From an uncultured bacterium (GTDB lineage: Bacteria; Omnitrophota; Omnitrophia; Omnitrophales; Aquincolibacteriaceae): DNA of 45,228 nucleotides. Of this stretch, positions 35,999-45,081 are shown piece after piece (position 1 is the stretch's first letter; the number at the start of each line of letters is the position of its first letter). A model generated the notes under the pieces. The model worked only from the letters and a program-made list of their open reading frames with translations, made no database searches and was not told the origin of the DNA. Position numbers and translations under genes: made by a program. Location: the NCBI GenBank assembly GCA_964349955.1, contig CAYGIT010000001.1, positions 1-45,228 on the forward strand, given 5' to 3'.

Positions 35999-36881
35999 AG
36001 GAAGCTCGGGAATCCCTCTTTTGATTTGATTTGCGATGTTGAAGGGCCTCAAAAAAACCTTTCATGAGCGCTGTTTTCCCGCGCAAAAGCGAAAAGACGA
36101 TCCGGAAAGGAAGAAAAAAAAGATGAGAAATCCAGAAGCGAAATCCTGAAAAATTTTTCCACATGAAAAGAAAACGGTTTCGCTGGGCCAATACCTGGAT
36201 TTTTTCTTCCCCAAATTTTTTTTTAAAACTGGCCTGGCCGAGATGGTAGACAATGCTCGTGGGTTCATAGCAAAGCTTCCAGCCCCGGCGGGCGGCCCGG
36301 AGGCAAAGATCCACGTCTTCGTAGATCCCCGGCTGAAAGCGGTCGTCATAGCCTCCCAAAGCAAGAAATTTTTCCCTCGAAAACGCTCCGAATCCGGAAG
36401 AATAGGTTTCCGATGCTGTCCCCGCTTCCCTTTCATAACCCGGGTAGCGCGTATCGGACGAGAAAAGCCCCCACCGGATCGCTGCCCGGTTGCGTCCCGC
36501 TTCAATGCGCTTGCCGTCAAAACTCATGACCTGCGGGGAAACGAGAAAAGTTCCGGGATCTTTGGCGAATCTTTCGACCAGAGGATCCACGAATCCGGGA
36601 TCCACCCGGATGTCATTGTTGAGAAGAATGACGACCGGCTCTGATATCTGGGGAAGATAATCGTTGTAAGAGCAAAGCACCCGGTTTTGGGGAGCATACA
36701 CAATTATAGCTTCCGGGAAGTGAGAAGCGGCATAGGCAAGCCCTTGATCCGTGCTTCCATTGTCCAAAAGCGTTATCTTCGTTCGAGATGCTGCCCGTTT
36801 GGCGGCTTCGGCAATGCCGGGAAGGCACTGCGGCAAAAGGTCTTCTCCATTGTAATTTAAAATCACAATACGAACTTCCAT
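35991..36881 (-). CDS. Glycosyltransferase family 2
   Basis: 296 aa with VRIVILNYNGEDLL...LLDNGSTD...LLNNDIRV GT-A motifs. Confidence 0.85.
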   Translation of the reverse strand: MEVRIVILNYNGEDLLPQCLPGIAEAAKRAASRTKITLLDNGSTDQGLAYAASHFPEAIIVYAPQNRVLCSYNDYLPQISEPVVILLNNDIRVDPGFVDPLVERFAKDPGTFLVSPQVMSFDGKRIEAGRNRAAIRWGLFSSDTRYPGYEREAGTASETYSSGFGAFSREKFLALGGYDDRFQPGIYEDVDLCLRAARRGWKLCYEPTSIVYHLGQASFKKKFGEEKIQVLAQRNRFLFMWKNFSGFRFWISHLFFLPFRIVFSLLRGKTALMKGFFEALQHRKSNQKRDSRASYA

Positions 36882-36903
36882 GCGAATTTCCTATTAAACT
36901 GGC

Positions 36904-36932
36904 TTGACAAGGCTTGGGTATTCCGTTATTTT
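36904..36932 (+). promoter_or_regulatory. Candidate sigma70-type promoter for the single plus-strand gene (TTGACA-17 nt-TATTTT)
   Basis: ggcTTGACAaggcttgggtattccgtTATTTTtgccctGTG. The -10 ends 6 nt before the GTG start at 36939. No Shine-Dalgarno sequence. Confidence 0.4.
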
Positions 36933-36938
36933 TGCCCT

Positions 36939-37715
36939 GTGGAACAAGAACCTCAAATCAGTTTTATTATCCCGGTTTTCAATGAAGAATTCAACATCCG
37001 CGGTGTTTTCCGGGATCTCTATGTGGTTTTGCGCCTCCATCCCGAATGGAGCGCGGAAGTGATCGTCGTCGAAGACGGCAGTTCGGACAACACGCTCCAG
37101 GTCATCCACGAACTCTGCCGCGCCTATCCCGAAACCCGCCTCATTGTGCATGAAAAGAACCAGGGTTACAATCGTTCCATGCGTGACGGCATGGCCCAGG
37201 CGCACGGAAAATATTTAATGTACATCGGCGCGGATGAAGAGTTTGACTGCTCCGAAGTGCCCTCGTTTGTCGAGCCGCTTCTCGCGGAAGGGCCGAAACA
37301 CGCAGACCTTGTACTGGGGGTTCGCTGGCAGCGCAATGCTTACCAACTTCACCGGTTTTTCCTTTCTGTGGTGTATATCTTTTTCCTGAATTTTATTTTT
37401 AAAATGCGCATCAATGATTACAACTGGTCGCAGGCCTGGCGCCGGGATCTGATTGAGAAAATCCAGCTGGAATCCAGGTCACTTTTCATGCTTCCGGAAA
37501 TCATCATCAAAGCCCATGATTTGGGTTACACCATCAAGGAAGTGCCTTCCAATCACCGCGGGCGCCGCACCGGGCGTTCGTCCCTGAATTTCAAAATCAT
37601 GTCGCATGCGTTGTGGGATGCTTTATGTTTCCGGCGCAAGAGGAATCCGCCTTCTTTTTCCGGCGGAAGGAGGATTAAAAAAGCTGATCTTACGGGAGCA
37701 GCGGGCGATATTTGA
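36939..37715 (+). CDS. Glycosyltransferase family 2, polyprenyl-phosphate sugar synthase-like (DPM1/Ppm1-type)
   Basis: 258 aa with ISFIIPVFNEE...VVEDGSSDNT...GADEE GT-A motifs. GTG start. The only plus-strand gene in the window. Confidence 0.8.
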   Translation: MEQEPQISFIIPVFNEEFNIRGVFRDLYVVLRLHPEWSAEVIVVEDGSSDNTLQVIHELCRAYPETRLIVHEKNQGYNRSMRDGMAQAHGKYLMYIGADEEFDCSEVPSFVEPLLAEGPKHADLVLGVRWQRNAYQLHRFFLSVVYIFFLNFIFKMRINDYNWSQAWRRDLIEKIQLESRSLFMLPEIIIKAHDLGYTIKEVPSNHRGRRTGRSSLNFKIMSHALWDALCFRRKRNPPSFSGGRRIKKADLTGAAGDI

Positions 37716-38439
37716 GAATGCCTGCGTGATGCATTAAATAGCGGAAAAGCACGCCCAGCGTTTTTATGCCATAAATAAAGGAAGTTTTGAAGTTCACCGA
37801 GGAAGCCTCGGTGAAATATTTGGTGGAAATCGAAATTTCTCCGACCCTCATTTTAAATTCGGCGGCCTGAACGAGAACCTGTGTATCAAAAACAAAATCA
37901 TTGGAGTTGCGCAGGAAAGGAATGGTTTCGAGAAAATGGCGGCTGTAGGCCCGATAGCCGGTATGGTATTCGGAAAGTTTTTGGCCAAGAGTCCAATTCT
38001 CCAGGGTCGTCAGGAAAATATTCGAAAAGTATTTCCAGAGTGGCATCCCCCCTTTTAAGGCATTTTGCCGGTAAAACATCCGGGACCCCAGCATCACATC
38101 GGCTTCGCCTTTTAAAATCGGCTCGATGATCGGCTTTAAAAAGGACGGATCGTATTGACCGTCAGGATGAAGCATGACCACCACGTCGGCTCCCCGTTCC
38201 AGAGCTTCCTTATAGCAAGTTTTCTGATTGCCACCGTACCCCAGATTATGGCGGTGCCGCAAGCTTACAATGCCTAATTCTTGAGCGCGGGTATAGGTGT
38301 CGTCGCGGCTTGCATCATCCACGAGAATAATTTCGTCCACGACATCATGCGGAATGCGCTCATAGGTTTCTTTCAGGGTTTTGGCCGCATTGTAGGCGGG
38401 CATGACCACCGTGATTTTTTTCTTCAGGGTTTCGGACAT
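37690..38439 (-). CDS. Glycosyltransferase family 2, polyprenyl-phosphate sugar synthase-like
   Basis: 249 aa with ITVVMPAYNAAKTL...LVDDASRDDT...HPDGQYDP motifs. The 3' end overlaps the convergent plus-strand GT2 by 26 nt. Confidence 0.82.
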   Translation of the reverse strand: MSETLKKKITVVMPAYNAAKTLKETYERIPHDVVDEIILVDDASRDDTYTRAQELGIVSLRHRHNLGYGGNQKTCYKEALERGADVVVMLHPDGQYDPSFLKPIIEPILKGEADVMLGSRMFYRQNALKGGMPLWKYFSNIFLTTLENWTLGQKLSEYHTGYRAYSRHFLETIPFLRNSNDFVFDTQVLVQAAEFKMRVGEISISTKYFTEASSVNFKTSFIYGIKTLGVLFRYLMHHAGILKYRPLLP

Positions 38440-39930
38440 TTACTTCTTCCTCCGAAAAAGAAAACGTTTTGAATCTTGTAATACAAGCTCATAACCGGGA
38501 GAGTCTTTCAAACTTTGGATTTTTGCGTCAAAATAGGCGGAATCCATCGGATAGGGATTGACAGTCCGGTCGATCAGGTAGTAATCGGCGCTCACATACT
38601 TCAGATGCGCCCGATGACTTGGAAGTTCAAAAGGCCCCGCAAAAAAATAATTTTGCTTGCGGTACCCCACGTATGGAAGCAAATGCCCATGCGTCACCAA
38701 GTTCGTGTCCGGCGGCACTTTTTTCGCCCAACGGATGGAAGCCAGGGTTTCCGCCGTCACTTTTTCCGTCCGGTAATTGCCGCCGTTCAGTCCCAATAAA
38801 AGAAGCATAACGCCCCAGAGCACCCATTCCCTTCTTTTCGAAGGCAGCTTCACCATTAACCGGGAGACGCCGGAGACAAAAGCAATGAAAACAAAGGGAA
38901 TGACGGGACCCGCATATGCGAGAATTTCGGGCTCCGACTCGCTGCGAGAACCGAAATTGCTCAAATCCCCTTTGAGCAGCGTATTGCCGGTCCAGGGCAT
39001 GAAAACCCGCGTCGTAAAAATGGAATAGGCTACTGCCATCAAAACGGTCAGCGCTCCGTGAAAAATCGCGGTTCGCTTGCCGGTTTTTGGAGAAAGGAAC
39101 AGCACCCAAACGCCAACCGCGGAAAAATAAAGAAAGGAATCCTCCTTGACCAAAAGCCCCAGGCCAAGGGCCAAATAATAGAAGAACCACTGGCCTTTGA
39201 TCGCAGAAGCCACGGTCCAAAAAATGAAAAGCGGGTAGAAAATTTCCGGGCAGAAATTCATTTGCAACACATTCTGGAGATAGCGGTAATTCAAATAGAG
39301 AATGGCGGTAAAAAGCGCAGGCAGGCTTTCCCGGAATTTTTCTTTGGCGAAGATATAGAGAGGAAAAACCGAAAGCGCTCCGATCACGCCATGGCTCAAG
39401 ACCAGCAGCCAAGGGCTTTGAAAAATTTTCCAAAAGGGCGCAAAGAGAAACAGGATATTATTGACATGGTAATAGTTGTGCAGGAGTCCCGTGAAATGAA
39501 TGTGGCCATGAAAGTAGTAATAGAGCATATAATCGAAAAAGCTGAACGGCAGAAAATTGATTTCGACCGCAAGGTACTCGCTCACCTGCTGCCAGGTAAA
39601 AAGCAGTGCGGCCACCCCGAACACGACCCAAACGGAATAAGGCTTTGCCGCGAAACCTTCCGCCGCCCTTTTGAAGTCCAGGAGGCTTTTTCTTCCGCCT
39701 TCCGGCCGTAATGCCAGCCAGCCCGAGAAAAACACCATCGAAAGCACAAAGGGCGTGCGCAGGTTTTTGAGTTTGAGCGCATGGCCTGCCAGGCGCGGCG
39801 GAAATCCCGTCAGGATGCAATAGCCCATAAAAAGAAGGTCGAGCAGAAGCGCGAGCAATAGCATCCGGTTGACGAATAAAAGAAAGACTGGAGCTTTTCG
39901 GTTTTGGAGACGCGAAGTGGAAGAATTCAT
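38440..39930 (-). CDS. Polytopic membrane protein, DUF2079-like (putative GT-C-type glycosyltransferase)
   Basis: 496 aa with more than 10 hydrophobic segments in the N-terminal two-thirds and a soluble C-terminal domain. The family call is from memory of DUF2079 architecture and is unverified. Confidence 0.6.
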   Translation of the reverse strand: MNSSTSRLQNRKAPVFLLFVNRMLLLALLLDLLFMGYCILTGFPPRLAGHALKLKNLRTPFVLSMVFFSGWLALRPEGGRKSLLDFKRAAEGFAAKPYSVWVVFGVAALLFTWQQVSEYLAVEINFLPFSFFDYMLYYYFHGHIHFTGLLHNYYHVNNILFLFAPFWKIFQSPWLLVLSHGVIGALSVFPLYIFAKEKFRESLPALFTAILYLNYRYLQNVLQMNFCPEIFYPLFIFWTVASAIKGQWFFYYLALGLGLLVKEDSFLYFSAVGVWVLFLSPKTGKRTAIFHGALTVLMAVAYSIFTTRVFMPWTGNTLLKGDLSNFGSRSESEPEILAYAGPVIPFVFIAFVSGVSRLMVKLPSKRREWVLWGVMLLLLGLNGGNYRTEKVTAETLASIRWAKKVPPDTNLVTHGHLLPYVGYRKQNYFFAGPFELPSHRAHLKYVSADYYLIDRTVNPYPMDSAYFDAKIQSLKDSPGYELVLQDSKRFLFRRKK

Positions 39931-39934
39931 CGCC

Positions 39935-41062
39935 TTAGTTTGCTTTCACACTCAAAATTTTTTTCAAAATCATCACGGTCCGTTCCGCGCTATGGCCGTC
40001 CCCGTAGGGATTTGTTGCAGCAATCATGGCTTTGTGGGCTTTGGGAAACATCAGGAGTTTCCGGGTTTCGCGCTCGATTCTCTTGGGGTCGGTGCCCACG
40101 AGTTTTGCCACGCCGGCCTGCACGCCTTCCGGCCTTTCGGTGACCCGGCGTAACACGAGCACCGGCTTTTGAAACGACGGCGCTTCTTCCTGGATTCCTC
40201 CGGAATCGGTCAAAATAAAATAAGCCCGCTCCATAATCCAGCAGGTTTCCTCGTAGGTCAAGGGGCGAATCAGATGAATTCTTTCCTGCCCGCTCAAAAT
40301 GGCCCGCGCGGGATGCTGCACATTCGGGTTCAGATGCACGGGGTAAACAATTTCCGTTTCGGGGAAATCCCGGATGATCTTTTTCAGCGCCTTAAAAATA
40401 TTTTCAAGCCCGCGGCCGAAACTTTCGCGACGGTGGGCGGTCACGAAAAGAATTTTACGGTTCAGGTTCAAATTCCGGAAAACCGGATATTTGATTTTGA
40501 TGAGCGGGCGGGCAAGCCGCACAGTGTCAACAATGGTATTGCCGGTTTCGAAAATGGAACGCGAAGCAATTCCTTCGCGGACAAGGTTACGTGTGGCGGT
40601 GGCCGTGGGCGTCAAATGATAGTCGGCCACGCGCGAGAGCAGCCGGCGGTTCATTTCTTCCGGAAAAGGCTGGTACTTATCCCGGGTTCTCAGTCCGGCC
40701 TCCAGATGGATCACCGGGATTTTGGCGTAAAATCCGGCAATGCCGGCCATAAGCGCGGTCGACGTATCTCCCTGGACCATGAGAATATCCGGTTTTATTT
40801 TTCTGATCCATCCTCCGAAATGATGAAGGACTCCTGCGCTCAAAGCTTCAAGGGTTTGATTTGGCGTCATGAGTTCCAGGTTTGCATGGATTTTGATTTT
40901 AAAAAGGCGGATGACTTGTTCGAGCATTTTGCGGTGTTGGCCGGTCAAACAGACAACACTGAGCAGGCCCGGTGTTTTTTCGATTTCCTTGATGACGGGC
41001 ACAAATTTCAAAGCTTCAGGGCGGGTTCCAAACGCGATGAGCACTTTTCTTGGCTTATGCAC
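39935..41062 (-). CDS. wecB: UDP-N-acetylglucosamine 2-epimerase (non-hydrolysing)
   Basis: 375 aa with KVLIAFGTRPEALKFVPV, VQGDTSTALM, and TDSGGIQEEAPSFQKPVLVLR motifs. Confidence 0.92.
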   Translation of the reverse strand: MHKPRKVLIAFGTRPEALKFVPVIKEIEKTPGLLSVVCLTGQHRKMLEQVIRLFKIKIHANLELMTPNQTLEALSAGVLHHFGGWIRKIKPDILMVQGDTSTALMAGIAGFYAKIPVIHLEAGLRTRDKYQPFPEEMNRRLLSRVADYHLTPTATATRNLVREGIASRSIFETGNTIVDTVRLARPLIKIKYPVFRNLNLNRKILFVTAHRRESFGRGLENIFKALKKIIRDFPETEIVYPVHLNPNVQHPARAILSGQERIHLIRPLTYEETCWIMERAYFILTDSGGIQEEAPSFQKPVLVLRRVTERPEGVQAGVAKLVGTDPKRIERETRKLLMFPKAHKAMIAATNPYGDGHSAERTVMILKKILSVKAN

Positions 41063-42104
41063 GTTTCAATCCCAGCGTTTCGTAGAGGCGGATGGTTTTA
41101 AGGGCCATGAGGTCCCAGGTGAAATTTTCTTTCAGAAAATTTTGCAGTCCGGAAGTCTTGGGGGCCTCGAGCGCCGCAAAGATTTTTTTCCGGATATCGG
41201 AAATACTCCCAGGGTTCGCATAAGACGCGTACTCGCGAAAATATTCCCGCGTGGACCCTTCGCGGGTAATCACAAGCCGGGCGCCGGCGAGTCCGGCCTC
41301 GAGCGCCGCCAGGCCCGGAGTTTCAAACCAGGACGGCAAGGCAAATACCGAGCAGGCGGTGAAGGCGGACCGGAGTTCTTCCGAATCGGGCTGCAAATGG
41401 CCCACGAAATGCATGCTCGCATCCGCTTCGGCACGGCATTGCTGGGCATAGTTTTCATGCCAGGAGACCGCGCTTCCGGCAAGCACAAGCGGAATTCCGC
41501 TTCCCTTCAAGGCCCGGATTAAATGAAGCTGGTTTTTGCGCGGCTCGATTCTTCCTGCCATGAGGACGAAATCCTTGAGTCCGGATTTTTGGGTGAAAAG
41601 TCCGGGCGAAGCCTGCGCGTACCAAGGGTCGGCTCCGTAATAAATGGTATGAATGCGTTCTCGCGGAATCAGAAAATAACGATGGATTTGATCCCCTTCC
41701 ATGGCCGAGCCCGCGATGATCGCGTCGGCCAGGCGCATCATCTTTTTACGGGCCGAGTGAATCTGCGGAAAAAAACTTTTGGCGGCCTGGCGCAGGATGG
41801 AAAGCGCGCGGTCCCGGAAACCGTAAGCAATGGAAAGCGTGCTTTGCCAGTTGTACCAGATAATGGGGCTGTGCACGATTTTCACGCCTTTTGACTTTGC
41901 GGTTTCCATCAGGCCAAGCGCTTCTTTCACGGATCCGAAAACATGCAGGATGTCGCCCTGCTGGAATTTGTCATTCCACATGTCGAAGAGCTTGACCGGG
42001 ACCCCGTATTTTTCGAGGTATTGCTTTGTTTTCAAAAGCAGGATTTCTCCTCCGCCGGGATTTTGAAAGGCGGACGGATAAACGTAGAAATAGAGACGGC
42101 TCAC
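41055..42104 (-). CDS. Glycosyltransferase family 4
   Basis: (M)SRLYFYVYPSAFQNPGGGEI N-terminus and LPSWFETPGLAALEAGLAGARLV motif. The GTG at 42104 forms a GTGA overlap with the upstream stop. The track ORF is open to 42197. Confidence 0.82.
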   Translation of the reverse strand: MSRLYFYVYPSAFQNPGGGEILLLKTKQYLEKYGVPVKLFDMWNDKFQQGDILHVFGSVKEALGLMETAKSKGVKIVHSPIIWYNWQSTLSIAYGFRDRALSILRQAAKSFFPQIHSARKKMMRLADAIIAGSAMEGDQIHRYFLIPRERIHTIYYGADPWYAQASPGLFTQKSGLKDFVLMAGRIEPRKNQLHLIRALKGSGIPLVLAGSAVSWHENYAQQCRAEADASMHFVGHLQPDSEELRSAFTACSVFALPSWFETPGLAALEAGLAGARLVITREGSTREYFREYASYANPGSISDIRKKIFAALEAPKTSGLQNFLKENFTWDLMALKTIRLYETLGLKRA

Positions 42105-43531
42105 AGGGCCCTCCGGGGATCCTGCAAAGCCGCAAGGACCATCCAGACCGTGATCCAGGCCGAGAACTGGACAAAATAGGTTTCCATGAAGGAGCAAAAA
42201 AGCCAGGTAAGGAAAGCGGCATAAGATCCTAGGCGAAGAAAAAAGAAACGGGAATCCTCCCGGGGGTCACGAAGCCGCTCCAGCATGAGTGAAAGCAAAT
42301 CACGGCAAAATTTTGCCATGAGGAGCAATCCCGAAAAACCTGTGGCCGCGAGAACGCAAAAATAAAGACCGTGAAAATCCGTCACGGACCGGAGAAAACC
42401 GGTTCCCAAAAGAGGGTGTGCCCGCAGGATATCCTTGAGCGCATACATTTGGCGCAATCGCAAAATGCCGAGAAAACCGAAATTTTGGGTATCCGCCAGC
42501 GTGTATTGCCAGTATTTCCAGTCAAAAAGCCGCGGGATTTCTTCAAAGCGTTTCCCGACCATTTCAAAGGAACGGCCTAAAATCAAAAGCAAAGCAATTG
42601 CCAGAAGGATAAAATGAAAAGCATCTCTCCTGCGGATCCGGAAACGGTCCGGAGCGGGAAGATACCGGAATCCAAGGTTCAAAAAAACAGCAAAACTGAT
42701 CAGGAAACTAAACCATGCGGTGCGGGAGCAGGAAGCAATCATGGTCCCGAGGAGAATAAAAAGGAAAAATCCCTGGATCCATTTCAACTTCCGGTCGTTT
42801 TCGGCAAGGAAAAGGCCCAGCGCATAAAAAGAAGTAAAAGCGCACAGGATTCCGAGGTGGTTATTATGGAACAAAGGCAGATCGAGAAAATCCGTATGAA
42901 CAATCGTATTTTGAAAAGCCAAAATTGCCTGGGCAACGACGCCAAGAATAAATAGCAAAATGCTCCGCTTGAGAATTTCCGGATTCGCGGAAGGGCCGGT
43001 GAGTTCATTTTTTATTCCCATCAGATAAAATAGGGCCAGCATAATAAAAAAAACATTGATGGTAATCCTCAAGGCCTGGAATGGCGCATGCAAACGGAAA
43101 AAATTAAAAACCCCGATTCCCAGGAGGAGCAACACAGGATAAAGGGGTTTGCTTTGGGGGATTCCCTGCCGGAAAAGTTTCAAGGGATTGCGATTAACCG
43201 CATGGGCGGCCACGGACAGGAGAAATGCCAGTTGAAAATGTTTCAGGGAAAAAATCAAACTTTTTGAGAAAAAACCGGCCGGTTGAAACCAGGCGGCAAA
43301 GAAGAACAGGGCATAAAAGGAAAATCGAAGATCGATTAAAAAAAACATGCACAGGAAAGCCCATCCGGCCGCGGCAATCCAAAGCCCTTGCCCGGCAAGC
43401 AAAGTCGCCGCCAGGGATACCGCAAACAAGACAGAGAGAAAGAAAGATTTTTGGCCGGACTGCTCGATCATTTCTTCCTTAACTGGAGGTTGAAAGAGAT
43501 TCGATTTGGGGGCGATGGCGGTCTCGGTCAT
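42101..43531 (-). CDS. Wzy/O-antigen-polymerase-like polytopic membrane protein
   Basis: 476 aa with about 11 hydrophobic segments and a Wzy_C-like loop (SRTAWFSF... and FHGLYFCVLAATGFSGLLL). The start could instead be the ATG at 43471. Confidence 0.72.
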   Translation of the reverse strand: MTETAIAPKSNLFQPPVKEEMIEQSGQKSFFLSVLFAVSLAATLLAGQGLWIAAAGWAFLCMFFLIDLRFSFYALFFFAAWFQPAGFFSKSLIFSLKHFQLAFLLSVAAHAVNRNPLKLFRQGIPQSKPLYPVLLLLGIGVFNFFRLHAPFQALRITINVFFIMLALFYLMGIKNELTGPSANPEILKRSILLFILGVVAQAILAFQNTIVHTDFLDLPLFHNNHLGILCAFTSFYALGLFLAENDRKLKWIQGFFLFILLGTMIASCSRTAWFSFLISFAVFLNLGFRYLPAPDRFRIRRRDAFHFILLAIALLLILGRSFEMVGKRFEEIPRLFDWKYWQYTLADTQNFGFLGILRLRQMYALKDILRAHPLLGTGFLRSVTDFHGLYFCVLAATGFSGLLLMAKFCRDLLSLMLERLRDPREDSRFFFLRLGSYAAFLTWLFCSFMETYFVQFSAWITVWMVLAALQDPRRAL

Positions 43532-45062
43532 AGAACCCCGTATAGTAATGCCGATTGGGGAAAAATGGAATCAGTTTTGTATTGTCATTACCCCTGTCAT
43601 GGGCATAAACAACCGGGGCGTCCAGGAAGGGGCTGTTGCGAATACTATCGTCGGGAGCCATGACCAGGCTGTCGCCCAAAAAGCCCTTGAGAAAGACAAG
43701 GGCCGGGAGTTTGGAGTTTTTTTCAGCGGCATCATACAGGGCCCGGCGCTCTCCGGTGATTTGATGATAAAAAGTAAAATGGCGGATTAAAAGCGGAATC
43801 GTGGCAAGGGCCGAAAAGACAAGCGCGCCTGAAATCATTTTCCGGATTTTCAGGGCCGAAGATTTCCAGGTTTGGACAAGGCAGAAACTGACAAATAAAA
43901 TCGAAAAGGGATAGGCTTCATAATAGTACCGCGGACCGTATTGATTTCCGCCCCAGGAATAATAAAGCATATACCCGGCTGCAAGGAACACAATACTTGC
44001 CCGGAGGCAAAAATCCCGGGAACTGACAGGCCGGCGGATAAACGCGGTGAAAAGAAAAAACAAAATCCAGCCCGGCGGCGTCCAATCAATGAGATAAAAA
44101 ATCCGCTGCACGAGGTATTGCAGTGCCAGCGCCGGAGGATAGCCCGCAATGAATCCCAGTTTTTCATGGGAATGAAGGTAATGATTGGGCGGATTCCAGA
44201 AACGCCCGGTCAAAAGATGATTGTAAAAAAGCTGCAACCCGAGAAGCAAGAAAACAAGGACGCTAAAAACCTTAAAGGGAAATTTGTTTTTTCCCCTGTT
44301 TTTCAGTGTTTGAATGAAAAACTGAAAGACCAGCGGCGCGCTCATGGCCGCAGCGGTCAGATAGCGCGTACCCAAGGCATATCCCAAAGCAAGGCCGGCC
44401 ACGGCAGCCCAAATCCACTTTCCGGTTTCTTCGAGGCGGAGCATGGCGCTCCAGAAAAGCAGGATCAAAAGCAAACATAAATTATGAGAATAATAGGCTG
44501 CGCCGGTCATGAGGAAAAACGGGCTGATGACGAGAAAAACCGAGGCCAGCAAAGCGGTTGAAAAACCGTATGTTTTCCGTCCGCTGTCAAAAAAGAAGGC
44601 CATTGAAACCGCCGTAATCCAGGGATTGAGGACATCCTTGAGGTGGAGCTTGAGACCGAGCGCCCAAACCAGCGGCCACCCCGGAGGATAGACGCTGAAC
44701 CACTTGTCCCCGATGGCTCCGATATGCACGGTTTCAAAAAACGCTTGCAGCGGATGCGGCCGGGCCCAGAATTTTCCGGCCTCCAGGCATTGCGCGAAAA
44801 AAAAGCAGGAATGCTCATCCGCAGAATTCATGAAGGAAAGCAATACCTTCCGGTTGATCGCAATGAGAATCCCGGCAAGCAACAGAATCAGAAAAAGCAC
44901 GGTGAGCCGGGCATGCATTTTAAAAAAACGTATCCCCCGCTCCAGCCATCCCGGCCAGGCATCCGGCAACAAAAGTCCAACCAAAAGCCCAAGCAGCGGC
45001 ATGGTCTGCAGAAAAAAAGTTTGAGTCTCAATAAAAAGACGAAAGGGCGGATGAAAGGCCAT
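43479..45062 (-). CDS. GT-C-fold glycosyltransferase, PMT/ArnT-like (family 39/83-type)
   Basis: About 527 aa, polytopic. The first-loop acidic motif NSADEHSCFFFAQ resembles the PMT/ArnT DE motif, and there is a soluble C-terminal domain. The ATG at 45062 (MAFHPPF) was chosen because the 27 upstream codons are encoded by repeat copy 4. Confidence 0.75.
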   Translation of the reverse strand: MAFHPPFRLFIETQTFFLQTMPLLGLLVGLLLPDAWPGWLERGIRFFKMHARLTVLFLILLLAGILIAINRKVLLSFMNSADEHSCFFFAQCLEAGKFWARPHPLQAFFETVHIGAIGDKWFSVYPPGWPLVWALGLKLHLKDVLNPWITAVSMAFFFDSGRKTYGFSTALLASVFLVISPFFLMTGAAYYSHNLCLLLILLFWSAMLRLEETGKWIWAAVAGLALGYALGTRYLTAAAMSAPLVFQFFIQTLKNRGKNKFPFKVFSVLVFLLLGLQLFYNHLLTGRFWNPPNHYLHSHEKLGFIAGYPPALALQYLVQRIFYLIDWTPPGWILFFLFTAFIRRPVSSRDFCLRASIVFLAAGYMLYYSWGGNQYGPRYYYEAYPFSILFVSFCLVQTWKSSALKIRKMISGALVFSALATIPLLIRHFTFYHQITGERRALYDAAEKNSKLPALVFLKGFLGDSLVMAPDDSIRNSPFLDAPVVYAHDRGNDNTKLIPFFPNRHYYTGFYDRDRHRPQIESLSTSS

Positions 45063-45081
45063 GGCTAATTCCGTCTCATTT

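Noticed and set aside
40169-41101. 310-aa plus-strand ORF, the longest non-annotated ORF in the track
   Set aside because: It is entirely antisense to wecB, whose minus-strand translation carries unambiguous UDP-GlcNAc 2-epimerase motifs. The antisense product is Arg/Gly/Phe-rich with no recognisable motif and no start context. This is a typical shadow ORF.
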